Shown one piece after another: positions 1 to 10,510 of a DNA stretch of 64,000 nt. The notes beneath the pieces were generated by a model. That model saw nothing but the letters and a program-made list of their open reading frames with translations. It made no database searches and was not told the DNA's origin. Origin of the DNA: a bacterium (GTDB taxonomy: Bacteria > Zhuqueibacterota > Zhuqueibacteria > Zhuqueibacterales > Zhuqueibacteraceae). Made by a program: the position numbers and the translations under genes. The stretch spans positions 6,312 to 70,311 of the forward strand of contig JBOHQX010000300.1 of NCBI GenBank assembly GCA_050732395.1, given 5' to 3'. Every line of letters starts with the position of its first letter. The stretch's first letter is position 1.

Positions 1-1
1 G

Positions 2-139
2 TTCGAGCATAAGATCTTCACCGGCTCGGCGCATGAAGCCAGCACGATCCGGCTGCTGCCGCCTTTGACGCTGGCAAGGCAACACGCCGACCGGTTTCTC
101 GAGTGTTTTGCTGCCGTTATGAAGCACCATCATGAATAG
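2..139 (+). CDS. 3' end of a class-III PLP aminotransferase (acetylornithine aminotransferase-like), 5' end outside window
   Basis: The frame is open from the window edge: FEHKIFTGSAHEASTIRLLPPLTLARQHADRFLECF. The xRLLPPLxL C-terminal motif is typical of ArgD-type enzymes. argB lies 1.3 kb downstream. The stop TAG at 137-139 overlaps the next ATG (ATGAATAG). Confidence 0.5.
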   Translation, partial: FEHKIFTGSAHEASTIRLLPPLTLARQHADRFLECFAAVMKHHHE

Positions 140-1019
140 CCAAATCAATCTGCCCATCGCGATCATCGGCGACACCCAGCGCACGTCGCGGCTGGAAAGA
201 TCACTCTTGCTGCGCGAGCAAAACGACGCGGAACGCGAGCGGCTCTTGCGGAGCTTGTTTGACACTGAGCTCGGACTGCTGGTGCATCTGGGAGATATGG
301 TCGTGAACGGCTCATCCCTACAGGCGTGGCAGGAATTCGATCGCCTCTTCGCGCCCATTTTTGCCAACGGCATACCCATTGTCCCGCTCCTGGGAAACCA
401 CGAATACTGGGGCAATAGGCGGCGAATGCTGTCCCACCTCGCCGCAAGATTTCCAGGATTGGAAGACACGCTTTGGAGCGCGCGCCTCCATGCCGGCGTC
501 GGACTGATCATGATCGATTCCAACATTTCCGCGTTCTCCCGGGCTGACTGGACGAAGCAAATCAATTGGTTCGAAAATACCTTGCGGAACATGGATGAAG
601 ATCCGAGCGTCCGCGCCATTGTGGTGTTCTCCCACCATCCGCCCTTCACCAATAGCGCGACAATCAAAGACGCGCCCTTTTTTCAGGAGAGCTTTTTGCC
701 AGCCTTTTTTTCGTCTCCCAAAACGGCGGCATTTATCAGTGGCCACGTTCATGGTTACGAACGTTTCGAGTCGAATGACAAGACGTTTGTGGTTTCAGGC
801 GGCGGTGGCGGGCCGCGGTTGCGCTTGCATCGGGGCAGGAAGGCGCGGCACAAGGACCAATTCCAGGGCGTTGGGCCCCGGCCGTTCAACTACATGTTGA
901 TTTATCCAGAAGACGACCAGCTGCAGATCGAAGTCATGGGCCTGGACAAGGGGGATCTGCAGATTCACACCATCGACAAACTCACGCTGCGCTATTCAAT
1001 CCCAGCGAACCCATCGTAA
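132..1019 (+). CDS. calcineurin-like metallophosphoesterase
   Basis: Ordered phosphoesterase motifs are present: GDTQ, GDMVVNG, GNHEYW, SHHPPF, GHVHGYE. Confidence 0.8.
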   Translation: MNSQINLPIAIIGDTQRTSRLERSLLLREQNDAERERLLRSLFDTELGLLVHLGDMVVNGSSLQAWQEFDRLFAPIFANGIPIVPLLGNHEYWGNRRRMLSHLAARFPGLEDTLWSARLHAGVGLIMIDSNISAFSRADWTKQINWFENTLRNMDEDPSVRAIVVFSHHPPFTNSATIKDAPFFQESFLPAFFSSPKTAAFISGHVHGYERFESNDKTFVVSGGGGGPRLRLHRGRKARHKDQFQGVGPRPFNYMLIYPEDDQLQIEVMGLDKGDLQIHTIDKLTLRYSIPANPS

Positions 1020-1030
1020 AGGAAATCGCC

Positions 1031-1399
1031 ATGGACCGTGCGCTCAATCAAAGACTTGCCGACGAAGTGTTTGTCGTGCTGCGCGACACCAGCCCGGAGT
1101 CATACCATGATGTGCTTCATATTGTCGCGATGCGGCGTCGCTTTCGGCCGCCGCACATTGGTTTGCAGAACGTCATCGATCAGGTTTTGCACACGGCTTA
1201 CGCCGCGATTGTGTTTTTGCCTGTTCTGTTTTGGCCTTCGTATTGGACGGCGGCCTTGAGCGGTTTCCTGCTCGGTGGCATCCGGGAAGTGGAACAATAC
1301 AAGAATGTCGATCTCATGATTCTCATGCTACGGGACCGGATACAAGATGCTTTCTTCTTCGCACTGGGGGCAGTTATGGTCTACCACCTCTCAAGATAA
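1031..1399 (+). CDS. small hypothetical membrane protein
   Basis: A 122-aa ORF packed between neighbouring genes, with two or three hydrophobic segments (AAIVFLPVLFWPSYWTAALSGFLLGG; FFFALGAVMVY). I recognise no family. Confidence 0.45.
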   Translation: MDRALNQRLADEVFVVLRDTSPESYHDVLHIVAMRRRFRPPHIGLQNVIDQVLHTAYAAIVFLPVLFWPSYWTAALSGFLLGGIREVEQYKNVDLMILMLRDRIQDAFFFALGAVMVYHLSR

Positions 1400-1401
1400 G
1401 C

Positions 1402-2199
1402 ATGGAAAATCTCCTCATTGTAAAGATCGGCGGCAACGTCATTGACCAAGGTGAGGCTCTGGCGTCATTCCTGGATGATTTTGCGCATCTCGCCACCAAA
1501 AAAATTCTCGTGCACGGTGGAGGCAAATTGGCCACTGAAGTTTCTCACGCGCTTGGAATCGAAGCTATCATGGTGGAGGGTCGCCGCATTACCGATCAAG
1601 AAACCTTGAAAGTTGTCACCATGGTGTATGGCGGTTGGATCAACAAAACCCTGGTCAGCGGCCTGCAAGCACGTGGCTGCAACGCCCTGGGCTTGACGGG
1701 CGCCGATGCCGATGTGGTCGTGGCAAAAAAACGGCAACATCCGGATATCGATTTCGGCTTTGTCGGGGACATCGACCGGGTCAATGGAGCGGCAATTGTG
1801 CACTTTTTGCAAGCCGGACTTACGCCTGTGTTTGCGCCTTTGACGCATGACGGTCAGGGTACGATGCTCAACACCAATGCGGATACGATCGCGGCGGCAC
1901 TGGCGCGCGCAATGCTGCCGTATTTTCGCACCACACTGATTTATTGCTTTGATAAAAAAGGCGTATTGGCAGCAGCGGACGAGGATGCAGTAATTGCCAA
2001 CCTGACGTTTGCGCAATATCAGGAATTGAGAAAGAAGGGTGTCATCTCCAAAGGCATGATACCCAAATTGGATGAATCGTTTGCGGCGTTGGCTGCCGGC
2101 GCGGAAGCAATAGTCCTGTGCCATGCTTCGCAATTGCGGCTGGTGGTGCATGGGGATGAATCGGTGGGAACGCGGCTGAGCGTCAAGACTTTCAATTAG
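1402..2199 (+). CDS. argB: acetylglutamate kinase
   Basis: Starts MENLLIVKIGGNVID, followed by ILVHGGG, GWINKTLV, LNTNADT and a C-terminal GMIPKL, which is the amino-acid kinase fold typical of ArgB. The ATG at 1402 is preferred over the long ORF-track start at 1231, which overlaps the previous gene. Confidence 0.85.
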   Translation: MENLLIVKIGGNVIDQGEALASFLDDFAHLATKKILVHGGGKLATEVSHALGIEAIMVEGRRITDQETLKVVTMVYGGWINKTLVSGLQARGCNALGLTGADADVVVAKKRQHPDIDFGFVGDIDRVNGAAIVHFLQAGLTPVFAPLTHDGQGTMLNTNADTIAAALARAMLPYFRTTLIYCFDKKGVLAAADEDAVIANLTFAQYQELRKKGVISKGMIPKLDESFAALAAGAEAIVLCHASQLRLVVHGDESVGTRLSVKTFN

Positions 2200-2349
2200 A
2201 CAATCGGCTAGGGAAAAATTCGAAGCCCCCTGCGTCGGAATCGAAAACTTCCATGAGGGAAATCAACCATTCAATTACCTTGACATTGTCACGTTTTAAA
2301 TTACCCCTAGGCCAAAAGGGAAACACGGAGCCCACGAAGAAGACGAAAT

Positions 2350-3265
2350 AACAGGGTCAAGAGCATCAACACCAATTATCAAGATACCGGCCAAAGCCTG
2401 GTCACCAATTGCAACAATTTCCTCAATCTGACTTGGAAAGAAGGTTTCTCGATTCATCTCAATCAAAATGAACCCATCAACAGCACCTACAAGCTATACG
2501 ATGTGACCGCCAAGCTTCCAGGCGGGGCCACCGCTGCAGAAAGCGATACTTATGTCGAGGTCGGCGTTTTACAGAACGGTTCTACCAACCACTACATGGT
2601 CGTCAACCGCCGCTGCACCGGCACCGAAACCCGTGAAATTACCCTTACTCTTCCGGGCAACTCCAATTATGCCTATCGCATCACTGATGTTTACTCCGGC
2701 AGTACGACGACCTGCTACCTCGGCAGTGGCATCACCACATTTCCCAATACGCTCGTGCTCGGTCCCGGACAGGGAAAACTGCTCAAGTTCGAAAACATAG
2801 GCGCGTGGTCGAGCACGATCAGCTCCAACACTACGTGGACGGGCAATTATAGTATCAATGCCAATGTCACCGTCAACAATAACATAACGCTCACTGTCTC
2901 GCCTGGAGCGAATGTCCAATTTGGCAGCGCCAAGTCGTTCATCATCAACGGCAGGCTCGTGGCCGACAGCAACAATCCCAGCCAACGTATCACTTTCAGC
3001 GACGCCAGCTCCACACCCGGCTTTTGGAGCGGCATCAAGATCAACCCGGGCAGCAGCACCAATGTCAGCACCCTGCGCCGCTGTAACGTGCAATATGCCA
3101 CGACCGGCATCACCATTACTTACACCGGCAACCAAAATTATGTCACTGTCGATAGGTGCCGAGTCAGCAACAACTCTTCGGGCGGCATAACCATGAATGG
3201 CAATGCCTATTCGGGCGCCTTGGTGCATCCGATCATTAGCAATGGTCACATTCACCACAACAATA
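2350..3265 (+). pseudogene. 5'- and 3'-truncated paralogous copy of the beta-helix gene at 5681-9076 (gene remnant)
   Basis: Nt 2350-3265 align colinearly with 6704-7618. The fragment RVKSINTNYQDTGQ...HPIISNGHIHHNN matches NRVKDINTNYQGTGQ...HPLISNSHVHSNS, with about 30 substitutions in about 250 aa by hand alignment. There is an in-frame TAG at 2308-2310 and no start codon before the GTG at 2503. Homology stops near 3265, where the frame runs into AT-rich unrelated sequence. Confidence 0.7.
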
Positions 3266-3848
3266 CCATCAAGTCAAATGGCAAACGAGGTGTCTGCATC
3301 TTTTTCCAAAGCAATCGCATAGCCGATGGCGGAGGTAGCGACACTAAAGCACGGAAAAGCAGCCCGGCTATGATTCTCACAATGATAGTGGAGTTGTTGT
3401 ATGTTCGCAAGTTTGAAACATTTGTAACATCGATGCGACAATTCCGCGATGAATTTATGATGCTTAGATCCCAAAAAATAAATTTTCTTGGTGTGACATT
3501 TTTCAGCAAAAAGCAACTATATTAACAGATGGGCAGTTCGAGTAGGGGTTTTTTTCTCATTTGAATGAGTCGAAATTTTGTTACACTAGTACCCTGAATT
3601 TTCGTACCCGCCGCCAACCCTCCGAATAAAACCTGAAAAAGGTGATCTTTATTTCTTCTGTTCGATTAAACCTTGGAAAAACAAGATAAAAGCTAAAATG
3701 ATTCTCTTCCTCATGTTTACCAGCATGCATTATGCTCACGCGTAATCGCAAAGGCGGCTGAAGCTTATTTTGGAATATTTTGCAATACACAAAAAATCTC
3801 AGTCTTAAAACAAGTTTTGCAGCCCATCCACCCACAAGGAGGTGTGTC

Positions 3849-5648
3849 ATGCGTAAACACTTCTTTTCCCTACTAACAGCATTGTCGCTACCTCTTCTAG
3901 CGTATGCACAGCCTGCATTTATAACTTCTCTCTATCCACCGCAACATGGTCTGAACATTCCGGCTGATGCCGAGCTGCAGATAGGTCTAAGAACCCCTTT
4001 GGATCCGGCCTCGATCTCTGATTCATCGATTTATGTCTGGTCGGACATCACCGGCCTACACAAGTTGACGGTAACGTTGGAAAATGGCAACAAAAACTTG
4101 CGTATCATACCACGCCACTGGCGCTTGATTGACCGCCCGCCATTTAATGTGGGCGAGCGCGTGACCGTAACGCTGACCACGCGATTGCGCTATGCCGACG
4201 GGCGACAGTTTGAGGGACTTACCTGGCATCATACCGTGGCTGTACGACAAAACTTTGGTGGGGATTTCAAACCGGAAGCACTCTTTGGTGGCGGTGGGTC
4301 AACTTATTTTTATGTATCCGATTTTAACGGCGACGGCTGGTGTGATCTCATTGGTCCTGATGACGGGGTACAGCGTAAGATGATTGTATTCTTCAACGAC
4401 AGCGAAGGATTGTTTCAGTTCAGCCATTTAGAGAATATTATCTATCCATACGGTGGTGAAGTAGTGGACTTAGATCGCGATGGTGCTCAGGAAATGACCT
4501 ACAGAAACAATCGATTGATCCTAAACGACGGAACTGGTCATTTTACAGAAAAAAAATTTCATAGTATACCGAATGGAAGTGTGAAGGCGCATGATTTTAA
4601 TAGTGACGCCATTATGGATTTTGTTGTTGGAGACGTGGTATCAGACACACTTTACTTTGGCCTAAGCGCGAATAGAGAGTCCTTTAAAACGTTACAAAAG
4701 GTCATCGCGCCAATTCGTCGGCCGACTTTCTATCTTCAAGGCCTCTCATATGATCTCAATAATGACGGCAGAATTGATTTTCTCTATGTAGGTGGTACAG
4801 GTAGCGGGGTTATCGACGGATTTGTAAGTTTTACAATGACCGCTACTGACAGCTTACAACTTTTGCAAATTAGAGAGCTGTTTTATGAGCAAGGGAGTTT
4901 CTACGGAAACGATTTTGATGGAGATGGTGATATTGATTATACTTTCGTTGCCGGCGGCACCGACAATTATGTTACTTTTTTTAATGATGGCGGTGGTCTG
5001 TTGAATCCAGCAGGTTTACAGCGCGATCCTCATGACACTCGACTGGCCGAAACCGTGGAGGGTGGAGACTTTGATGGTGATGGTGATATTGATTTGGCTT
5101 TTGCAAGCAGTAATCAAGTCTCTGTGATGCCGCAGAGTTTTGCTCCCGATGTTTCTATCTATTTGAACGATGGCAGGGGCAATTTTTTATTAACCAGTCG
5201 TTTTCGTCTGCCCTTTGATAGTCCCATCAGTTTGGTTTTACGTGCGATAGATCTTGATCGTGACGGTGACCTTGATCTGATTGGTGTCGCGAATGGCCTC
5301 GTCTATGTGGTGGCGAATGGCAATTATCCTAACGAGGTGACTGATCAACAATCATCCTTAATCCCAATGAAGTTCTCCATTGATCCCCTCTATCCCAATC
5401 CAGCAACGTCTTCAGCAAACATTCAGTTGAATTTATCCAAAGATGCAAAAGATGCGGTCCACGTCACGATCTTTGACGTCAATGGCAGAGTTGTGCAAGC
5501 TTGGCATTTTGACGGGCATGAAAAAACGATTCGATTCACCTGGTCTTTCCATGATCAAATGTCGCCACCTTTATCCAATGGCGTTTATTTTGTTCGAGCA
5601 CGCATGGGTAAATTGAGTGCAATACAGAAGCTTTTGATCCAAAAATAA
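3849..5648 (+). CDS. secreted FG-GAP/VCBS-repeat protein with T9SS-type C-terminal sorting domain
   Basis: AGGAGG lies 7 nt upstream of the ATG at 3849. Signal peptide MRKHFFSLLTALSLPLLAYAQ. Repeated DFNGDGxxD / DLDRDG / DFDGDGDID Ca-binding FG-GAP-like motifs are present. The C-terminus is YPNPATSSANIQLNL...NGVYFVRARMG...LLIQK. Confidence 0.8.
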   Translation: MRKHFFSLLTALSLPLLAYAQPAFITSLYPPQHGLNIPADAELQIGLRTPLDPASISDSSIYVWSDITGLHKLTVTLENGNKNLRIIPRHWRLIDRPPFNVGERVTVTLTTRLRYADGRQFEGLTWHHTVAVRQNFGGDFKPEALFGGGGSTYFYVSDFNGDGWCDLIGPDDGVQRKMIVFFNDSEGLFQFSHLENIIYPYGGEVVDLDRDGAQEMTYRNNRLILNDGTGHFTEKKFHSIPNGSVKAHDFNSDAIMDFVVGDVVSDTLYFGLSANRESFKTLQKVIAPIRRPTFYLQGLSYDLNNDGRIDFLYVGGTGSGVIDGFVSFTMTATDSLQLLQIRELFYEQGSFYGNDFDGDGDIDYTFVAGGTDNYVTFFNDGGGLLNPAGLQRDPHDTRLAETVEGGDFDGDGDIDLAFASSNQVSVMPQSFAPDVSIYLNDGRGNFLLTSRFRLPFDSPISLVLRAIDLDRDGDLDLIGVANGLVYVVANGNYPNEVTDQQSSLIPMKFSIDPLYPNPATSSANIQLNLSKDAKDAVHVTIFDVNGRVVQAWHFDGHEKTIRFTWSFHDQMSPPLSNGVYFVRARMGKLSAIQKLLIQK

Positions 5649-5680
5649 AAGTTATGAATCAACTCACAAGGAGGTATATC

Positions 5681-8600
5681 ATGTTTAGAAGAATTCTTCC
5701 ATGCTGCCTCGTTGTTTTGGGGTACAGTTCTATTGATGTTGGGAGTGGCTTGGCGCAATCCGTGTTTCGTGTTGGCGCCTGGTGCTTGCATCAACCGCAG
5801 CCAGCACCTCAGGCGGTTTATTTCAACGCTAGCGTTGGCGAATGGCGTGTTCTCACCCCAGAACGGGATAAGCTCCTCAATCTTGGATTAAATTACATGC
5901 TTGCATGCGCCAATCGTCTGGAGGCTGAGGACGCCTTGGTTTTCATGGGCGACTCACTGGCTTCCGCTCCCGCTCCCAAGGACTTTAAATCGACTTTGGA
6001 GTACGTGCCGCCTGGTTCTTCGACGTATTTCCCATCAGGCCAGCCAAATTATTTCTACCAAATGTGGCGCAAGTCGCGCACGGCGCAGTTGTACCTCACC
6101 ACCACCACTTGGGATGACAGTGTTGTCGCGGGCTTTCAAGCCATGAACAATCGCCACTCCGCCAGGATCGATGGGGTGCACAGCTTTCTAGCGCTTGCCG
6201 AAGGTTGTACGAATCAGAACAGCAAGATCACCGGTATCAATTTTATGTGTGATCATACTATCGTTGATTCCTACGTTCAACCGTGGCATGTGCCGACACC
6301 GTTCACACCATATCCCTGCGATAGCGTGCTAACTTATGAAATCGCCAACGGCCTGGTCAGCGCCGATCATTTTATGGGTGGCGGGTATTATTTGCAAACC
6401 GGAACGCCTTCTTCTGGAACACCTTTTCAAGCTGCGCTTCAAGGTTTTGTTTCCTCTCTCAGAGATCCCGCAAGAGGGATTCGAGACGCAACCTCTACCA
6501 CCAAGCTTTGGGTCGTACTGCAAGCGCACGAAGCCGCTCCTCCGATCAGCTTGCGTTTACCAACCAAAGAAGAGATTCTATGCCAGGTCAATCTGGCTTT
6601 GGCTCAAGGTGTGAAAGGGGTTGTGTATTATGTTTACTCCACCGTGGCAAATCCGTATCAATCCGGCCTCTTGAATGCGAGTCGTGATACCACCACGCAA
6701 TACAATCGCGTCAAGGACATCAACACCAATTATCAAGGGACTGGCCAAAACCTGGTCACTATTGGTAACAATTTTCTCAATCTGACCTGGAAAGAGGGCT
6801 ACTCGATTCACCTCAATCAAAACGAACCCATCAACAGCACGTACACGTTGTACGATGTGACCTCCAAAATTCCAGCCGGCGCCACGGATGCAGAAAGCGA
6901 TACTTATGTCGAGGTCGGCGTTTTACAGAACGGTTCTACCAGCCATTATATGGTCGTCAACCGCCGCTGCACCGGTACCGAAACCCGCGAAATTACCCTT
7001 ACTCATCAGGGCAACTCCAATTATGCCTATCGCATCACTGATGTTTACTCCGGCAGTACGACGACCTGTTACCTCGGCAGTGGCATCACCACCTTTCCCT
7101 ACACGCTCGTGCTCGGCCCCGGGCAAGGCAAGCTGCTCAAGCTCGAGGACATAGGCGCGTGGTCGAGCACGATCAGCGCCAACACCACGTGGTCGGGCAA
7201 CTATAGTATCAATGCCAATGTCACTGTCAACAATAATATCACGCTCACGGTCTCACCTGGAGCAATAGTTCAATTCGGCAGCGCGAAATCGCTCACCATT
7301 AACGGCAAGCTCGTCGCCGACAGCAACAATCCCAACCAGCGGATCACTTTCAACGGCGCCAGCTCCACACCCGGCTTTTGGAGCGGCATCAAAATCTACC
7401 CGGGCAGCAGCACCAACGTCAGCACCCTGCGCCGCTGTAACGTGCAGTATGCCACTACCGGCATCACCATTACTTACACCGGCAACCAAAACTACGTTAC
7501 CGTCGATAGATGCCGGGTCAGCAACAACGCTTCGAGTGGTATTACTGTGAATGGCAATGCCTTTTCGGGCGCTTTTGCGCATCCCCTCATCAGCAATAGC
7601 CACGTTCATTCCAACAGCTCCAGCGGCATCTCCATGTCTAACTACGCCAAGCCCGTGGTCAGCGGAAATCGAATTGAGGGCAATACCGGATACGGCATCA
7701 CTGCCAATACCTCTTGCCTTCCTGAAGTGAAGTATAATCTCGTCACCAGTAATAGTTCCAATGGCATGCTATTCACGTACTCCAGCAATGCGGAGGTGCA
7801 CCGCAACACCGTCAAAACCAACTCGAGTGGCGGAGTTTATACCATGTTCACCAGCAATATCACGGCTCATGGCGTGGGTGCTTCAAAAGGCCGCAATGAA
7901 ATCACCAACAATACCGGTTTGGGCATTTATGCCAATGGCAGCTCGCCAGTGTTCGGGATTGCTCCGAATGGCTACAACTGGATTCAAAACAACACGAGTT
8001 ATGAAGCGCAACAGGTCGGCAGCCTCAATCAAATACGCGCAGAAAATTGCTATTGGGGCGGCGGTGCACCGGCGCCCAGTGAAATTTCCGGCGCCGTCGA
8101 TTATTCGCCTTATACCACGACTGTCCCTGATTCGGTAGGTTGGGGCCATGACGGTACGTATGACCCCTCTTATCTCAAAACAGGCAATTCCGGGACGATC
8201 GCAGAACTGTTCGCCCCACAAACACCCAATGACCCCATGGCCTCGGCAGCCATTTTCGCGTCAAATGGCTCTTCAAGCGATTGGACAGAAGAGTTAAGGG
8301 CCGCGATTCACGAGGGACTCAAAACCGGCGATTGGAGCAAGGCCACCGAGGTGATTACCTCATTGCACCGCGAGCTGCAAAATGCACGCATACCCGAGGT
8401 CGATTTCAGCGTGGTCACCGCTTATGCCAACGACCGCGAGGTGGCATCTTTCATCGGCAAAATGCTGGCGCTGGTGTTGATGGAAAAAGACCTGCTTGAA
8501 AACAAAGTATCGGACGCGTTGGCAAAATCAGCCGCCTTCAGGCAGAGCAATGCCGAGCATCAAGCCGAACTTTTGGCTAATGCCGGCTTGATTCATCTGT

Positions 8601-9076
8601 ATCGCCAAAACGATCTGGTGGCGGCCAAAAACGTTTTGAGCCAATTGCAAGCCATGGCGCAGAGCGGCGATGCGACCGCAGCCGAGCATGTGAAGTTTTT
8701 CGGAATGATCATCACAGATTACGAGGGACAGCAGTCAGCAGAGGATGCGGGTTTAGCGAAGGTTGCGCTGGCCGTGGATCAAGCCAGCGCGCCTCCCATG
8801 AGCACGGCATTGGCGCAGAACTATCCGAACCCCTTCAATCCGGAAACGACTATCCGCTTTCGTCTAAACGAGAGTCAAAAGATTCGGCTACTCCTCTTTG
8901 ACCTCACGGGAAAACTCGCGCGGACTCTGGCGGAAGGCGAGTTCTCGGCCGGAGAGCAGATAATCTCCTGGGACGGACGCGATCAGCAAGGGCAATGGGT
9001 TGCCAGCGGAGTTTATTTCTATGAGCTCCGCACCGAGAATAAAGTTGAACGCAGGAAGATGTCGTTAATTCGTTAG
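5681..9076 (+). CDS. large secreted right-handed beta-helix (PbH1) repeat protein with helical region and T9SS C-terminal sorting domain
   Basis: AGGAGG precedes the ATG at 5681, and the signal-like N-terminus is MFRRILPCCLVVLGYSS. The central region has parallel beta-helix repeats (NNNITLTVSPGA, CRVSNNASSGITVNG, SSGISMSN, GYGITAN, SNGMLF). The C-terminus is LAQNYPNPFNPETTIRFRL...SGVYFYELRTE...MSLIR. Confidence 0.85.
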   Translation: MFRRILPCCLVVLGYSSIDVGSGLAQSVFRVGAWCLHQPQPAPQAVYFNASVGEWRVLTPERDKLLNLGLNYMLACANRLEAEDALVFMGDSLASAPAPKDFKSTLEYVPPGSSTYFPSGQPNYFYQMWRKSRTAQLYLTTTTWDDSVVAGFQAMNNRHSARIDGVHSFLALAEGCTNQNSKITGINFMCDHTIVDSYVQPWHVPTPFTPYPCDSVLTYEIANGLVSADHFMGGGYYLQTGTPSSGTPFQAALQGFVSSLRDPARGIRDATSTTKLWVVLQAHEAAPPISLRLPTKEEILCQVNLALAQGVKGVVYYVYSTVANPYQSGLLNASRDTTTQYNRVKDINTNYQGTGQNLVTIGNNFLNLTWKEGYSIHLNQNEPINSTYTLYDVTSKIPAGATDAESDTYVEVGVLQNGSTSHYMVVNRRCTGTETREITLTHQGNSNYAYRITDVYSGSTTTCYLGSGITTFPYTLVLGPGQGKLLKLEDIGAWSSTISANTTWSGNYSINANVTVNNNITLTVSPGAIVQFGSAKSLTINGKLVADSNNPNQRITFNGASSTPGFWSGIKIYPGSSTNVSTLRRCNVQYATTGITITYTGNQNYVTVDRCRVSNNASSGITVNGNAFSGAFAHPLISNSHVHSNSSSGISMSNYAKPVVSGNRIEGNTGYGITANTSCLPEVKYNLVTSNSSNGMLFTYSSNAEVHRNTVKTNSSGGVYTMFTSNITAHGVGASKGRNEITNNTGLGIYANGSSPVFGIAPNGYNWIQNNTSYEAQQVGSLNQIRAENCYWGGGAPAPSEISGAVDYSPYTTTVPDSVGWGHDGTYDPSYLKTGNSGTIAELFAPQTPNDPMASAAIFASNGSSSDWTEELRAAIHEGLKTGDWSKATEVITSLHRELQNARIPEVDFSVVTAYANDREVASFIGKMLALVLMEKDLLENKVSDALAKSAAFRQSNAEHQAELLANAGLIHLYRQNDLVAAKNVLSQLQAMAQSGDATAAEHVKFFGMIITDYEGQQSAEDAGLAKVALAVDQASAPPMSTALAQNYPNPFNPETTIRFRLNESQKIRLLLFDLTGKLARTLAEGEFSAGEQIISWDGRDQQGQWVASGVYFYELRTENKVERRKMSLIR

Positions 9077-9338
9077 CCGCACGAAGTCGCTCGACAAAAT
9101 CGAAGGGTCATTCGGCATACTTCGACTTTACCTGACAAGGGGCATTCACCTCCTCATGGCTCGCAGCAGGAGGCTGCAAAACTTTTGCAATCGTCCAGCT
9201 CAAGATTTTCAAACGAGCCGCTGAAGGGCCCTACGGTCTGAGAATCAAAGCTCCTTTCGGAGCAGCGTTAAATTAAGAACTTGCCAAACGGATTGAAAAA
9301 CGACCAACGGATTCTGTTCTGAAATCGTTGGTCGCTTT

Positions 9339-10313
9339 TCATCCGTAGCCTTTTCTAAACAATCCAATCTTCAAATAATCATCTCCAGAAAAATCTTTGC
9401 TGATAGGAATTTCTTCAATCAAGCTCAATTTCTCCGTTAAGGTTTGCAAAAAATTTCGGCGGGTGAGATCACGAGCATTCGTGCTGGCAAGCAGATAGCC
9501 GCCAGGGCGCAGCACGCGCTCGAAATCTTCCAGCATTTCACGAAAACCTTTTGCAACACTGAAACGAGTACCGGACTTTTGCGATGAGTAAGTCGGCGGA
9601 TCACAGATGATTAAATCAAACGACTCGTTCTTCTGCTTACGCAGAAATTTCACCGCATCTTCGCGACGTTGGCGCACGACCGCCACTTCATTTAGACCTT
9701 GATTTTCCTTCGCCCAATTCAGCCAATGCGCGCTGGTATCAACTTCGATAACGCGCCCCGCGCCGGCCTTGGCGGCAGCAATGGAAAACCCGCCGGTGTA
9801 GGAAAACAAATTCAAAACCTGATCACCGGCTTTCACGAGCTGGTAAACACGCTGCCGCGCATACTTGATATCCAAAAACAATCCCGTGCTGAAGCCGGCA
9901 TGAAACGAAACCGCAAATTGCAAGTCAAATTCATGAATAGTGAAACGCTCCGGAGGCAGTTCACCGAGCAACAATTGCGGTGCCGGTTTTTGTGAAAAGC
10001 CCTCACTGCTGGCGTGTGAAAGATTTTCAGGTCGAAATTTCTTTACGGCACCATGAAAACGCAAACCGAGCTTGCTCAGTACCTCCGCAAATTGAGCGGC
10101 CAGCTCGGCCAAATTCTCGTGGAAGTAGTTTTCATAACAAGTGAAGAGCAGATAGCCGCCGTAATAATCCACTGCAAGCCGAGGATCGATCTCAAAATGA
10201 GAAAGGCGAAAGGCATCACAAGTTGTGAAAAACTTCCGCCGGCTCGCTATCATGGCGGGAAGTGATGATGACATCATGAACAAAAGTTGGGTGAAGTAGT
10301 CATTTTGTAGCAT
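9339..10313 (-). CDS. class I SAM-dependent methyltransferase, RlmI/RlmK-like (no obvious PUA domain)
   Basis: SAM-binding motif VLNLFSYTGGFSIAAAKAGAGRVIEVDTS and catalytic-region motif DLIICDPPTY, as in 23S rRNA m5C/m2G methyltransferases. The start is uncertain; MMSSS lies about 14 codons in. Confidence 0.7.
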   Translation of the reverse strand: MLQNDYFTQLLFMMSSSLPAMIASRRKFFTTCDAFRLSHFEIDPRLAVDYYGGYLLFTCYENYFHENLAELAAQFAEVLSKLGLRFHGAVKKFRPENLSHASSEGFSQKPAPQLLLGELPPERFTIHEFDLQFAVSFHAGFSTGLFLDIKYARQRVYQLVKAGDQVLNLFSYTGGFSIAAAKAGAGRVIEVDTSAHWLNWAKENQGLNEVAVVRQRREDAVKFLRKQKNESFDLIICDPPTYSSQKSGTRFSVAKGFREMLEDFERVLRPGGYLLASTNARDLTRRNFLQTLTEKLSLIEEIPISKDFSGDDYLKIGLFRKGYG

Positions 10314-10367
10314 TCACTACTGTGGTGGATTGTACTGCGACGTGAAGTCGACTAAACTACCTTTGTT

Positions 10368-10467
10368 TGTCATTCAGGAGGAATCTTGGTGAGTATTACC
10401 GAGGCCTTGTGAGTCATACTTCTTTGAAGGCCTCGACGGCGCTCACCGGGATTCCTTCTGAATGACG
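10368..10467. repeat. nested inverted repeat, member of the TGTCAT(T/G)C... MITE/REP-like family
   Basis: The outer arms tgtcattcaggaggaatcttggtgag (10368-10393) and ctcaccgggattccttctgaatgacg (10442-10467) pair with 3 mismatches. The inner arms are gaggcctt / aaggcctc (10401-10434). Confidence 0.75.
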
Positions 10468-10510
10468 GGTCCAAATGTCCGAGAAAAATTCCAATCCGCA
10501 AGTTGGTATA

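Noticed and set aside
1231-1401. Long 5' extension of argB in the track
   Set aside because: It overlaps the preceding ORF in another frame. The ArgB family N-terminus (IVKIGG) begins right after the ATG at 1402.
2503-3525. 340-aa ORF as an intact gene
   Set aside because: Homology to the 5681-9076 gene extends upstream of its first possible start and stops mid-domain. The last ~85 codons are AT-rich read-through. It is treated as a gene remnant.
3266-3848. AT-rich 580-bp region with small ORFs (85, 80, 89 aa) - possible IS/transposase remnant or small gene
   Set aside because: I could not recognise any transposase or other protein motif in any frame, and there are no terminal inverted repeats. 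It is left as unexplained spacer and mentioned under the duplication finding.
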